DNA of 64,000 bases from Nannocystis bainbridge (GCF_028368995.1 NZ_JAQNDL010000005.1:128001-192000), one strand, 5' to 3'. Positions 25,841 to 37,951 are shown, counted from the stretch's first letter. Numbers and translations are program-made. Notes: a model not told the origin generated them from the sequence alone.

Positions 25841-25887
25841 AAACGAAGAAAGAGATGGAGGCGCGACCGCGTCGCGCCTTCATCTCT
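25841..25887 (-). terminator. Intrinsic terminator of the SRPBCC gene
   Basis: 17-bp near-perfect stem AGAGATG(G/A)AGGCGCGAC followed by a T-rich tract on the minus strand. Confidence 0.75.
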
Positions 25888-25906
25888 CGTTCGGTCTTCA
25901 AGACCG

Positions 25907-26785
25907 TCAGTAGCGGCCCGGCGGATCGCTGGCGGGGAAGGACTCGTCCGACTCGAAGTCGACCCGGTCCTGGAACGACGCGCGGCGCTCCTCGTCGACC
26001 CGCTGCTCCTGCGTCAGGGCGGGCGACGTCGCTTCCTCGCCGGCTTGCTCGCTGACCTCGCCTCGTGCCACGACATGCTCGCTGCGCCACTCGAGGATCT
26101 GCTTGAGGCGCGCGAGATCGCGGCACAGCGCCCGCTGCGAGTCGCGGCCGACGAGGCGCGCGACCCATGCACCGAGGTCGCCGGCCATCGGCTCGTGATA
26201 CAGCCGCACCCACACCTCGGTGCCGCCCGAGGATGTCGCATGGAACTCGACGCAGCCCTCGCAGGCCCGCACCGCGCCTTCACGCGAGCGCCAGCCGATC
26301 CGCTGCCCCTCGACGTCCTGCGTGATCTCGACTTCGACCTCGACCGGCCGGCCGAACGGCCCCTCGGCCATCCAGCTCCAGCCGCCGCGCTCGAGTCGCG
26401 ACACGCGGATCATGTCGGCCATGAACTGCGGCAGGTTCTGGAGGTGACGCCAGAACGCGTACACCTCACCGACCGGCCGATCGATCGTCACCGCGGCCTC
26501 GGCCACCACGGCCCGGCCGGGATCGACGCCGGGATACGGGGCCCCGGGCCGCTCGGTGTCGATCTGCATCGCCCGGTAAAACATGCTCTGACCTGTCACG
26601 CCGCGGCGCATGAGCGAGCCTCCGGCCAGCGCGACCACCAACGAAAGCGGCCACCGGCGCGCCCGCACCAGCCCCCACGCGACCATCCAGGCCCCAGCGA
26701 GCAGCGAAGCGGCGCGCTCGCTCTGGCCGACATTCTGCGCGCAGACCGTGTCTGCGCCACGCACGCATGAGCTCGAATTCTCCAT
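25907..26785 (-). CDS. SRPBCC/cyclase-family protein with N-terminal DUF2892-like TM
   Basis: NVG..ER..S, RGVTG and TIDRP..EVY.FWR...NLPQFM motifs; C-terminal ESFPASDPP. Confidence 0.85.
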   Translation of the reverse strand: MENSSSCVRGADTVCAQNVGQSERAASLLAGAWMVAWGLVRARRWPLSLVVALAGGSLMRRGVTGQSMFYRAMQIDTERPGAPYPGVDPGRAVVAEAAVTIDRPVGEVYAFWRHLQNLPQFMADMIRVSRLERGGWSWMAEGPFGRPVEVEVEITQDVEGQRIGWRSREGAVRACEGCVEFHATSSGGTEVWVRLYHEPMAGDLGAWVARLVGRDSQRALCRDLARLKQILEWRSEHVVARGEVSEQAGEEATSPALTQEQRVDEERRASFQDRVDFESDESFPASDPPGRY

Positions 26786-27320
26786 CGTGGGTCTCCGCCG
26801 AGACCATGGATGCCATCGTCCGGTCGCGCCAGCGGTCGCTGCAATTTCGTCGCGCTGCGGCACGACCACGGTCGAGCTCGCCAGACGGCCGCGACCCCGC
26901 TCGGGCCGCTGCGCCGCCGTTCGCCCCGGTGGTGCATCGCCGGCTGTCCGTTCGGTCAGGTCCAGATCGAGCCCGCAACGAGGTCGCTCTCGTCGCGCTC
27001 CGCCGACCACCGCGCATCCTTCACGGTCCTTCACCCACGCGGGGCGCTCATCTGTCTCTCGAGACATGTCCCCGTCGACCCTCACGGTCCTCGCCGCAGC
27101 GGACCTTGCGCAGGTCGCCCGCGTCCGCCTGCTCGCTGGAGCGAACGGCGCGGCCCTTCGCTTTTGCAGGGCCCGGGTCATCCGCAGGCGCGACGGGCCT
27201 CAAGTCCACCATGATCGCGGCAGCGCATCGACCTCGCGGCCGCGGCTCCTCGGCGCCACCGCGCCGGCGCGCCGGGCCACGAGCGCGAGCGCCCCGCCCA
27301 CGCACAATGTGGGCGCTCCC

Positions 27321-27746
27321 ATGGCCATCACGCTCGACCTCTCGCACGCCCCGCTCGTCCTCTCGAGCTTCGACGGCGACCTGAGCCTGGACGACGTCGA
27401 GGCGTACATCGGCCGCATGGCCGAGGTTCACGATCGCCGCGAGCCGTACGTCAGCGTCATATGGATCGGCCAGTACGCCCGCAACCGCTCGCACACCGAG
27501 CGGATTGGTCGCTGGATCAAGGACACCGAGGACACCGCGCGGCAGTTCTGCCTCGGCGCGACCATGATCAGCCAGTCGACCGGCTTTCGCTTCTTGCTGG
27601 CGACGATCTTCCTGATCCGGCCGATGCCGTGTCCCTACCTGGTCTGCGGGACATGGTCGGAGGCGATCGCCCAGGCCCGCACCCAGGCCCGCGGCGCCGG
27701 CTTCCATTTGCCCGAGCTCGCCAGCCCGTGGCCCCAAGTCGCCTGA
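27321..27746 (+). CDS. STAS/SEC14 (SpoIIAA-like) hypothetical protein
   Basis: PLV...FDG...P.PYLV....EAI pattern typical of this myxobacterial family. Confidence 0.6.
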   Translation: MAITLDLSHAPLVLSSFDGDLSLDDVEAYIGRMAEVHDRREPYVSVIWIGQYARNRSHTERIGRWIKDTEDTARQFCLGATMISQSTGFRFLLATIFLIRPMPCPYLVCGTWSEAIAQARTQARGAGFHLPELASPWPQVA

Positions 27747-27807
27747 GGTCCGGCGAGGCTGCGCGACCTCACTCCGCGCCGCCCTGCCTGCGCGGTACCA
27801 TGGCGAG

Positions 27808-30090
27808 ATGCGCCCTGCCCTCACCTTGCCTGTCTTCTTCGCCCTCGCCGCTTGCGGCGACGACACCGGCACCACCACCGGGGCGACGGCCACCGACAGC
27901 AGCAGCACGACCACCGGGCCGACGTCCTCCCCGACGGCCGCGTCCGAGGGCCTGAGCGACACCGCAGCGCCGACGACCACCAGCGGCGGCAGCGACAGCG
28001 ACAGCGCCTCGACCGGCACCACCGCCGCCCCGACCACCGAGGGCACCACCACCGGCGGCGAGCTCACCTGCGACCAGTCGCCCCACTACCGCGTCGGCGC
28101 GGCGATCCGCGACATCACCGGCCCGTCCGCCGAGCTGGTGATGATGGGCTACTCGATGCCCGAGCAGAAGGCCGAGGGCATCAGCACGCGGCTGTGGGCC
28201 CGCGCCTTTGTCGTCGAGCACCCGTGCAGCGGCACCCGGATCGCCTTCGTCAGCGCCGACCTCGGCCAGGTGTTCCAGGGCGTCCACCTCGAGGTCGTCA
28301 AGCGGCTCAAGGCCAAGCTCGGCGCCGACCGCTACGACTTCGACAACATCGCCCTCTCGGCCACGCACACCCACTCGGGCCTCGGCGGCTTCTCCCACTA
28401 CACCATGTTCAACCTGGCCGTCGGCGGCTACGACCCCGACAACTTCGAGGTCATCGTCGCCGGCATCGTCGACGCCATCGAGGCCGCCGACGCCGGCCTC
28501 GATCACGGCGTCGTCAAGATCGCCCAGGGCCCGCTGCAGGACGCCAATTGGAACCGCAGCCCGCAGGCCTACGCCGAGAACCCCGACCCCGAGCGGGCCG
28601 CCCACGAGGCCGAGATGATGCGCGACACCAACACGGCGATGACCGTGCTCCGGTTCGAGCGCACCGGCGAGGGCGAGCTCGACGGCCAGCCGATCGGCAT
28701 GCTGACCTGGTTCTCCAGCCACGCGACCAGCGTGTCCAACCAGAACCGCCTCGTCAGCGGCGATCACAAGGGCCTCGCCTCCTACTTCATGGAGAAGCAC
28801 TTCGGCGCCGACTACACCGCGCCCGACCCATTCGTCGCCGCCTTCGCCCAGAGCGACGCCGGCGACGTCTCGCCGAGCGAGGTCATCGTCGGCGAGCCGA
28901 AGAACACGGTCGTGCGCCCGTGCGACGACAGCCCCGACCCTGCCTGCGACGACCTCGGCAACGCCGTCGTCCATGGCACCTGGCAGTACGAGCGCGCGCT
29001 CGAGCTGTTCGACGCCGCGGCCGAGCACCTGCGCGGGCCGGCGGCCGGGCGGCTCGCCTTCGTCGACATGGAGGACGTCACGATCGGCCCCGAGTTCACC
29101 GGCGACGACGAGCACACCACCTGTCACGCCGCGATCGGCTTCTCGATCGCCGCCGGCGCCGAGGACGGCGTCGCCGTCGCCTTCATCGAGGAGGGCATCG
29201 TCTACGGCGACCTGCCCAAGGTCACGCTCGTGCCCGAGGACCAGGCCTGTCACGAGGAGAAGACCATCTTGCTGCCGGTCGGCCGCATGCTCCCGTATCC
29301 CTGGTCGCCGACGATCTTGCCGGCCCAGGTGCTGCGCCTCGGCAGCCTCGCCATCCTGCCCGCGCCCTTCGAGGTCACCACGATCTCCGGCCGAAGGCTG
29401 CGCCACTCCGTGCTCGACGCGCTCGCCGGCACCGGCGTCACCCGGGCCGTGGTCGCCGGGCTCTCGAACGGCTACTCGAGCTACGTCACCACCCGCGAGG
29501 AGTACGCCGTCCAGCACTACGAGGGCGCGTTCACGCAGTTCGGCCCGTGGACCCTCGCCGCCTGGCAGCAGGAGTTCTCGCAGGTCGCCGAGGCGCTGCG
29601 CGACGGCGTCCAGGCGCCACACAAGGCCGTCCCGCTCGACCTCAGCGACGACCAGATCCTCAACGTCCCCGGCGTCGTCGCCGACTCGCCGTGCGCCCTG
29701 CTCGACGCCATCCTGTGCCCGTTCGACAAGTTCGGCGACGTCGTCACCCCGCCGCCCGCCAGCGCCGGGCCGGGCGACCTGGTCAAGGTCACCTTCCGCG
29801 GCGCGCACCCTCGCAACAACCTGCGCACCGGCACCGGCTACCTCGAGGTCCAGCGCGACGACGGCGGCACCTGGACCGTCGTCGCCCACGACTGGGACCC
29901 CGAGACGCGGTTCCGCTGGCGGCGCACCGGCGGCGCGCTGAGCCCGACCTCCGAGGTCGACGTCGAGTGGAAACTCCCCGACGACGTCGTGCCCGGCACC
30001 TACCGCATCGTCTACAACGGCGACGCCAGGTCGCTGTTCGCCACCTTCACCCCGATCACGGGCACCTCGCCGACCTTCACCGTCCAGTGA
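27808..30090 (+). CDS. Neutral/alkaline ceramidase, lipoprotein
   Basis: LAAC lipobox, Thr/Ser linker, DITGP, MMGY, RLWARAF, ATHTHSG, GDVSP and YEG motifs. Confidence 0.92.
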   Translation: MRPALTLPVFFALAACGDDTGTTTGATATDSSSTTTGPTSSPTAASEGLSDTAAPTTTSGGSDSDSASTGTTAAPTTEGTTTGGELTCDQSPHYRVGAAIRDITGPSAELVMMGYSMPEQKAEGISTRLWARAFVVEHPCSGTRIAFVSADLGQVFQGVHLEVVKRLKAKLGADRYDFDNIALSATHTHSGLGGFSHYTMFNLAVGGYDPDNFEVIVAGIVDAIEAADAGLDHGVVKIAQGPLQDANWNRSPQAYAENPDPERAAHEAEMMRDTNTAMTVLRFERTGEGELDGQPIGMLTWFSSHATSVSNQNRLVSGDHKGLASYFMEKHFGADYTAPDPFVAAFAQSDAGDVSPSEVIVGEPKNTVVRPCDDSPDPACDDLGNAVVHGTWQYERALELFDAAAEHLRGPAAGRLAFVDMEDVTIGPEFTGDDEHTTCHAAIGFSIAAGAEDGVAVAFIEEGIVYGDLPKVTLVPEDQACHEEKTILLPVGRMLPYPWSPTILPAQVLRLGSLAILPAPFEVTTISGRRLRHSVLDALAGTGVTRAVVAGLSNGYSSYVTTREEYAVQHYEGAFTQFGPWTLAAWQQEFSQVAEALRDGVQAPHKAVPLDLSDDQILNVPGVVADSPCALLDAILCPFDKFGDVVTPPPASAGPGDLVKVTFRGAHPRNNLRTGTGYLEVQRDDGGTWTVVAHDWDPETRFRWRRTGGALSPTSEVDVEWKLPDDVVPGTYRIVYNGDARSLFATFTPITGTSPTFTVQ

Positions 30091-30155
30091 GGTCGCACCT
30101 CGGGACATGTCCTCCAGGGCATGTCCCGGGCGCCATGTCCTTCACGACATGCCCT

Positions 30156-30479
30156 TTACGCCAGGTCGACCGGCCGGAAGCGCGCGAACGGCCGCCCCAG
30201 CTCGGCCACCTCCCCCGGCGCGATCAGCTGGCACACGCCCTCGAGCTGCTGCCACAGCTGTTGCACCACCGGGTTCTCGTGGGCGCGGCGGGCTGCGTCC
30301 TCGGAGGCCCACTCGAACACCTCGAGGATGGTGCCGTCGTTCGCGCGCATCACGATCGGCTCGCGCTCGGTGGCCAGGTCCTGGGCGCGCAGCACCGGCA
30401 GGTGGCCGCGCAGGAGCTCGAGCAGCTCCTCGGCGCGACCGGGGAGGGGGCGGTAGCAGGCGATGACGATGACTCCCAT
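30156..30479 (-). CDS. Small dimeric alpha/beta-barrel (ABM-like) protein
   Basis: YRPLPGR...EVFEWAS..A...AH pattern. Confidence 0.7.
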   Translation of the reverse strand: MGVIVIACYRPLPGRAEELLELLRGHLPVLRAQDLATEREPIVMRANDGTILEVFEWASEDAARRAHENPVVQQLWQQLEGVCQLIAPGEVAELGRPFARFRPVDLA

Positions 30480-30510
30480 TTCACAGCCGTAGCGCGCGGC
30501 CGGGGGGCGG

Positions 30511-31416
30511 TCAAGGACGCGCGGGCGTACGCGACACGCTGGCCGCGTAGATGGCCGCCAGCGACAGCGCCGTGCCAGCGGCCTCGACCATCCCGAACGG
30601 CTCGGCGAACACCAGCACGCCCCACAGCGTGGCCAGCACCGGCTGCAGGAGCAGCAGCAGCGAGCCGCTCGCGGCCGGCACGTGCGGCATGCCGCGCGAG
30701 ATGAGCGCCCAGCCGCCCACGTGCGCGCCGACCCCGAGCAGCAGCAACAGGCCGAAGTCGCTGGAGCTCGCCACCGCCAGCGGCTCGCCGGTCGCCAGCG
30801 CCGCCAGCACCAGCAGCGCCGCCGCCGTCGCGCTCGACACGAACAGTGCCGCCGCGACCCCGAGCGGCCGCTCGCCGCGCTGGGCTGTCCGCAAGGACAG
30901 GTAATAACCGGCGTAGAACACACCCGTCAGCAGGCCCAGCAACACGCCCTGCAGGTGGACCGGGCTGCGCTCCAGCCCCGGCAGCGCCAGCATCGCCGTG
31001 CCGATCAAGGCCAGCAGCGCGCACACCCCGAGCCGCCGCGTCAGCCGCTCGCCGAGCAGCAGCGCCGAGAACAGCGCGACCCAGAACACCTGCGTGTTGG
31101 CCAGCAGCGTCGCCAGACCGGTGCCCGAGTACAGGATGCTCTTGTGCCACACGAACAGGTCGCCGGCGAAGCACGCGCCGGCCAGAGCCGCCCACGCGGT
31201 CGCCGGGCCGCGGCGCACGGCCTGTCCGTTCGGACCTGTCCGCGAGGACAGCCACGCCAGCGGCAGCAGAGCGGCCGCCCCGAGCCCGCAGCGGTAAGCC
31301 CCGATCGCCGCCGGCCCGAGCGCGATCCACTTGACGAACAGCGCCGTCACGCTGATCACCGCCGCCCCGAGAGCGACCAACACCAGCGGCGCGCGCGGGG
31401 GAGAAAGAGGGGCCAT
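30511..31416 (-). CDS. DMT/EamA family transporter
   Basis: About 10 TM helices in two EamA repeats; LLQPVLATLW. Confidence 0.9.
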   Translation of the reverse strand: MAPLSPPRAPLVLVALGAAVISVTALFVKWIALGPAAIGAYRCGLGAAALLPLAWLSSRTGPNGQAVRRGPATAWAALAGACFAGDLFVWHKSILYSGTGLATLLANTQVFWVALFSALLLGERLTRRLGVCALLALIGTAMLALPGLERSPVHLQGVLLGLLTGVFYAGYYLSLRTAQRGERPLGVAAALFVSSATAAALLVLAALATGEPLAVASSSDFGLLLLLGVGAHVGGWALISRGMPHVPAASGSLLLLLQPVLATLWGVLVFAEPFGMVEAAGTALSLAAIYAASVSRTPARP

Positions 31417-31569
31417 CACCAAACGTCAGCCTCGTCGAAGCCCTGCGCGGCGGCTCCGGCGCCCGACCAGCGCGCGCCCGCATCCGCGCGGCCGACACTA
31501 GCCCGCCGGCGGGGTGGGCACAAGCCGCTGGGCACCGCCGCGAGGCTGGCGTAAGGTCGTGAGCTGCCG

Positions 31570-32082
31570 ATGCTGGTGCTCAGCCCCGCCACCGCCCACG
31601 ACCTGCCGGCGCTGCAGGAGATCGAGCGCTCGGCCACCGACCTCTATTACGCGGCCGGCTTCTCGCGCGCTGCGATCGTCGCCCGCGGCCTCGCCGACAT
31701 GCGGGCCCTGATCGGTCAGACCACTCTGTTGCTGGCGCGCGACGGCGACGAAGCGATCGGCTACGTCAGCTACTACCCGCGCGGCCCATACATGCACCTC
31801 GAGGAGATCGCCGTCCGCCGCGACCGCCAGGGCCGCGGCAGCGGGCGCCTGCTGGCCGATCAGGTGCTGGCGGCCGCGCGCGCCGACCCGCAGTGCAGCC
31901 ACCTGTCCCTGGTCGCGTTCTGCCGGGCCGCCTGGGCCCTCCGCCTGTACGACCGCCTCGGCTTCCGCTCGCTGGCCGCCCTGCCCGACCCCCTGCCGCA
32001 CGCCGAGCTGCTGGCCGAGCTGCTGGCCGAGGCCGCCCCGGGCGAGCCGCGACAAGTCATGGTAATGCCGGTCGGGCCGTGA
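31570..32082 (+). CDS. GNAT N-acetyltransferase
   Basis: V...QGRGSGR motif A; LYDRLGF. Confidence 0.88.
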   Translation: MLVLSPATAHDLPALQEIERSATDLYYAAGFSRAAIVARGLADMRALIGQTTLLLARDGDEAIGYVSYYPRGPYMHLEEIAVRRDRQGRGSGRLLADQVLAAARADPQCSHLSLVAFCRAAWALRLYDRLGFRSLAALPDPLPHAELLAELLAEAAPGEPRQVMVMPVGP

Positions 32083-32975
32083 TCCGACGCGACCTCCACC
32101 AGCACAACCGCCTCGCCTGGGACGCCGCCACTCCCGCGCACAGCAGCCACAAGCACGACCAGGCCGGGTTCCTCCGCGGCGGCGGCACCACCCTGTTCGA
32201 CGACGAGGTGCACCTGGTCCTCGGTACAGGTCCCGAAGGCCATGTCCTGGAGGACATCCGCAAGTCCGGCGCGCGCCCGCTGAGCGGCCTGCGCCTGCTG
32301 CACGGCGCGTGCAATGCCGGCCAGGACACCCTGTCGCTGGCGCAGCTCGGCGCGGAGGTCACCGGCGTCGACATCAGCCCGACGGCGATCGCCGCCGCGC
32401 AGACGCTGGCCGAGGAGACCGGCATCCCGGCCCGCTTCGCCGTCGCCGACCTCTACGACTGGCTGCCGGCGCAGGAACCGGAGTTCGACGTCGTCTTCAT
32501 GACCTACGGCGCGCTGCTCTGGATGTCCGACCTCGACGCGCTGTTCGCCGCGCTCGCGGGGGTCCTGAAGCCCGGCGGTCGCGTCGTCGGCCTCGAGTTC
32601 CACCCGCTGGCGATGATGTACGACCAGGGCCGCCTCACCTACCCGTACAGCGGCGGCGCGCACGTGGTCGGCGAGGCCGGCATCGGCGACTACGTCGCGG
32701 CCTCCGGGACCGCGCTGGCGCCGTCCGGCTTCCTCGAGGGCGAGGTCGACTTCAAGAACCCGCACGCCACCCACGAGTTCTCCTGGGGCGTCGCCGACAT
32801 CCTCGGCGCCCAGCTGCGGGCCGGCCTCGTGCTCGAGGTCGTGCGCGAGTACACCTACGCCAACGGCTGCAAGATCTGGCCCGACATGGTCGAACAGCCA
32901 GGTCGCCGCTTCACCACCACCAGCCCGGCCGTCCCGCCGCTCATGCTCGGCTGGTCGTCGCGCCGGCCCGGCTGA
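32079..32975 (+). CDS. Class I SAM-dependent methyltransferase
   Basis: LH..CNAGQDT, VTGVDIS, FDVVF..YGAL.W and LKPGG motifs; GTG overlaps the GNAT stop. Confidence 0.9.
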   Translation: MIRRDLHQHNRLAWDAATPAHSSHKHDQAGFLRGGGTTLFDDEVHLVLGTGPEGHVLEDIRKSGARPLSGLRLLHGACNAGQDTLSLAQLGAEVTGVDISPTAIAAAQTLAEETGIPARFAVADLYDWLPAQEPEFDVVFMTYGALLWMSDLDALFAALAGVLKPGGRVVGLEFHPLAMMYDQGRLTYPYSGGAHVVGEAGIGDYVAASGTALAPSGFLEGEVDFKNPHATHEFSWGVADILGAQLRAGLVLEVVREYTYANGCKIWPDMVEQPGRRFTTTSPAVPPLMLGWSSRRPG

Positions 32976-33104
32976 CACGGTCATACGATGCATGGGACAG
33001 GTTCGGCGCTCGGATGAACCTGTCCCTTCGGACATCTTATCGCCCCGCCGAAACGGCGATGCGCACCTGGCCCATGAGCCAGGTGCGCATCGACACGCCT
33101 CACC

Positions 33105-35484
<2,380 letters not shown>

Positions 35485-35498
<14 letters not shown>

Positions 35499-35829
35499 CG
35501 GGGTCTTCCTCGGGCTCCATCGACGCCATCAAGGGGCACTCTTGTTGGCGCGCGAGCATGTGTACCTGGGCGACCTTCGTCTCGGCGATCTCGTGGGTGT
35601 AGACGCCGGCGACGCCGATGCCATGGTTGTGCACGTGCAACATGATCACCGTGGCTTCGGCTTCGGTCCTGTGAAACACGGTCTGAAGCAGGCGGACGAC
35701 GAACTCCATCGGCGTGTAGTCGTCGTTGTGGAGCAGGACGCGGTACATCCGTGGGCGCTGCGTCTTGCGCTCCGTGCGACTCTTCAGCGCAACACTGCCC
35801 TTGGGGCTGGATTTCTCACGGCTGGACAT
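35485..35829 (-). CDS. clpS: N-degron adaptor ClpS
   Basis: YRVLLHNDDYTPMEFVV...MLHVH..G.GVAG motif. Confidence 0.97.
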
Positions 35830-35912
35830 GCTGCTGGCAACCTAGTGTAGCCCTCGCGCCGGGGCTTTCCACCCCGCCCGCAGGCTGACCTGTGCTAGCG
35901 TACACGAGTCAC

Positions 35913-37094
35913 GTGCCGGATCTGACGAGCCGCACCGTCACAAGCTTGGCGAGCGTCGACGCCGCGTCATGGGACGCGCTCGCTCACGAGGGCTGCCCCT
36001 TTCTAAAGCACGGGTTCCTGCGGGCGCTCGAGCTGTCGGGCTCCGTCGGCGACGAGCCGGGTTGGCGGCCGATCTACGTGCTCGTCGAGCAACACGGCGC
36101 CGCCGGCGCAGGGTCGGCGCCGCGCCTGGTCGGTGCGGCGCCCACGTACGTCAAGCGCCACAGCTACGGCGAGTTCATCTTCGACTGGGCGTGGGCGCGG
36201 GCGGCCGTGCAAGGCGGCCTGCGCTACTACCCCAAGCTGGTGATCGCCGCGCCGATGACCCCGGCCACCGGTCCCCGCATGCTGATCGCCCCCGACTGCG
36301 CGCGCGACGAGATCGTGCCTCGCCTGGTCGCCGGCGTGCGCGACGTCGCGGAGGCCGAGCGCTGTTGGTCGATCCACTGGCTGTTCACGACGGCGCGCGA
36401 GCACGACGAGCTGGCCGCGCTCGAGTTCATGCGCCGCGCCAGCTACCAGTACCACTGGCACAACGAGGGCTACGCCGACTTCGAGGCTTTCCTCGCCACC
36501 ATGACCTCGCGAAGGCGCAAGCAGCTCCGCAAGGAGCGCGCCCGGGCCCGCGAAGGCGTCGACGAGCTCGAGTGGGTCCGCGGCCCCGACCTCGGCCCCG
36601 AGGACCTGGTCGACATCGACCGCTACTACCGCAGCACCGTGCGCGCCTACGGCGGCCTCGACTACCTTCAGACAGGTTTCTTCGACCATGTCCACAAGGC
36701 CATGCCCGAGCAGATGCTGTGGGCCCGGGCCCGTCGCGGCGGCCGGACCATCGCCGGCACCCTCTACTTCGAGACCGACGCGGCGCTGTTCGGCCGCTAC
36801 TGGGGCTGCGACGAGAACGTCCCGTTCCTCCACTTCGAGGCCGCCTACTACGCGGCGATCGAGCGCTGCATCGCCCGCAAGACCCCGCGCTTCGAGGCCG
36901 GAGCGCAGGGCGAGCACAAGCTGCTGCGAGGCTTCGCGCCGGCGCGCACGTACAGCAGCCACTGGTTCCGCCACCCGGGCCTGGCCTCGGCCGTCGGCCG
37001 CTTCCTCGCCGAGGAGTCGGTCGCCGCGCACGAACAGATGCGCGAGCTGGAAGAGTACCTGCCCTTCCGCAGCGAAGAGCCCGAGCCCGAGTGA
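35913..37094 (+). CDS. FemAB-like GNAT-fold protein (DUF482 family)
   Basis: HSYGEFIFDWAWA, YYPKL, GRYWG and FEAGAQGEHKL.RGF motifs. Confidence 0.9.
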   Translation: MPDLTSRTVTSLASVDAASWDALAHEGCPFLKHGFLRALELSGSVGDEPGWRPIYVLVEQHGAAGAGSAPRLVGAAPTYVKRHSYGEFIFDWAWARAAVQGGLRYYPKLVIAAPMTPATGPRMLIAPDCARDEIVPRLVAGVRDVAEAERCWSIHWLFTTAREHDELAALEFMRRASYQYHWHNEGYADFEAFLATMTSRRRKQLRKERARAREGVDELEWVRGPDLGPEDLVDIDRYYRSTVRAYGGLDYLQTGFFDHVHKAMPEQMLWARARRGGRTIAGTLYFETDAALFGRYWGCDENVPFLHFEAAYYAAIERCIARKTPRFEAGAQGEHKLLRGFAPARTYSSHWFRHPGLASAVGRFLAEESVAAHEQMRELEEYLPFRSEEPEPE

Positions 37095-37239
37095 CCCGCG
37101 AGCACGAGTGACCACCGAGCCCGAGCCCGAGTGACCCGCGGCGCGCGCCGAACAAGTCACTCGCCGGCGCGCGCCGAACGAGTCACTCACTCCCGGCGAG
37201 CGACCCGGCGGCTCTTCAGCCCTCGCGTCCTCTCGCCGC

Positions 37240-37951
37240 TTACTCGTGCTCGCGCGACGCCGCGTTCGGATCGAGGTCCTCGAGAAAGCCCCGCGCGAAC
37301 CGGCGGTACGTCATTCGCGTGTCGCGCCGGTGGTCGACCACGACATCGCCCTGGACCTGGATCGTCCGGATCTTGTCGCCGCGCATGCCGCTGCCGGCCT
37401 GGGCCTTGCGTTCCGCGCAGCGACCCGCGCGCTCGGCCTCGCGGCGCTCCGCCGCCAGCCGCGCGCGCAACAGCTCGAGCGCCGTCTCGCGGTTGATGCT
37501 CTGGCTGCGACCGCCGTCGACGCGCACGTGGTGACCGCTCGGCTTGTGGCGCAGGTGCACCGCCGTCGAGGTCTTGTTGCGGTGCTGTCCGCCTTTGCCG
37601 CTGCCGCGGCAGAAATCCTCCTCGAGGTCCTCCGGACGGATCTCCACCGCCATCGCCGCCGCCGGCTCGAGCACCACCACCGTCACCGTGCTCGAGTGGA
37701 CGCGGCCGCGCTTCTCGGTCGGCGGCACCCGCTGCCAGCGATGACCGCCCGCCTCGTCCGCGAACCACCGCCGCGCCGCGCCGCCGGTCGCCTTGAAGCA
37801 CAGGAACCCCGGGCGCGCGTCGATCACCTCGAGGTCAAAGGCGCTCCCGCACGGCCAGCTTCTGGTACACCGCGAACTGCTCGTGCACGAGCAACTTGGC
37901 GTCGTCGCCGCCCTCGGCGGCCCGGATTTCGATGATGAGCGTGGTCTTCAT
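37240..37951 (-). CDS. Class I peptide chain release factor paralogue lacking domain 1, expressed via +1 frameshift (~236 aa)
   Basis: Frame 1 MKTTLIIEIRAAEGGDDA...RERL ends at CTT TGA C (37840-37834). The +1 frame continues DLEVIDAR...EAGGHRWQRVPPTEKRGRVHSS...GSGKGGQHRNKT...RSQSINR...GDKIRT and ends in TAA. Confidence 0.85.
37834..37849 (-). promoter_or_regulatory. prfB-type programmed +1 ribosomal frameshift cassette
   Basis: CGGGAG-CGC-CTT-TGA-C, the same geometry as the canonical prfB AGGGGG-NNN-CUU-UGA-C. Confidence 0.85.

Noticed and set aside
37240-37951. Calling this gene prfB, prfA or a pseudogene
   Set aside because: There is no domain 1 and no SPF motif, and it is too short for RF1/RF2. 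The break coincides with a complete SD-CUU-UGA-C cassette and the catalytic motifs are intact, so decay is unlikely.
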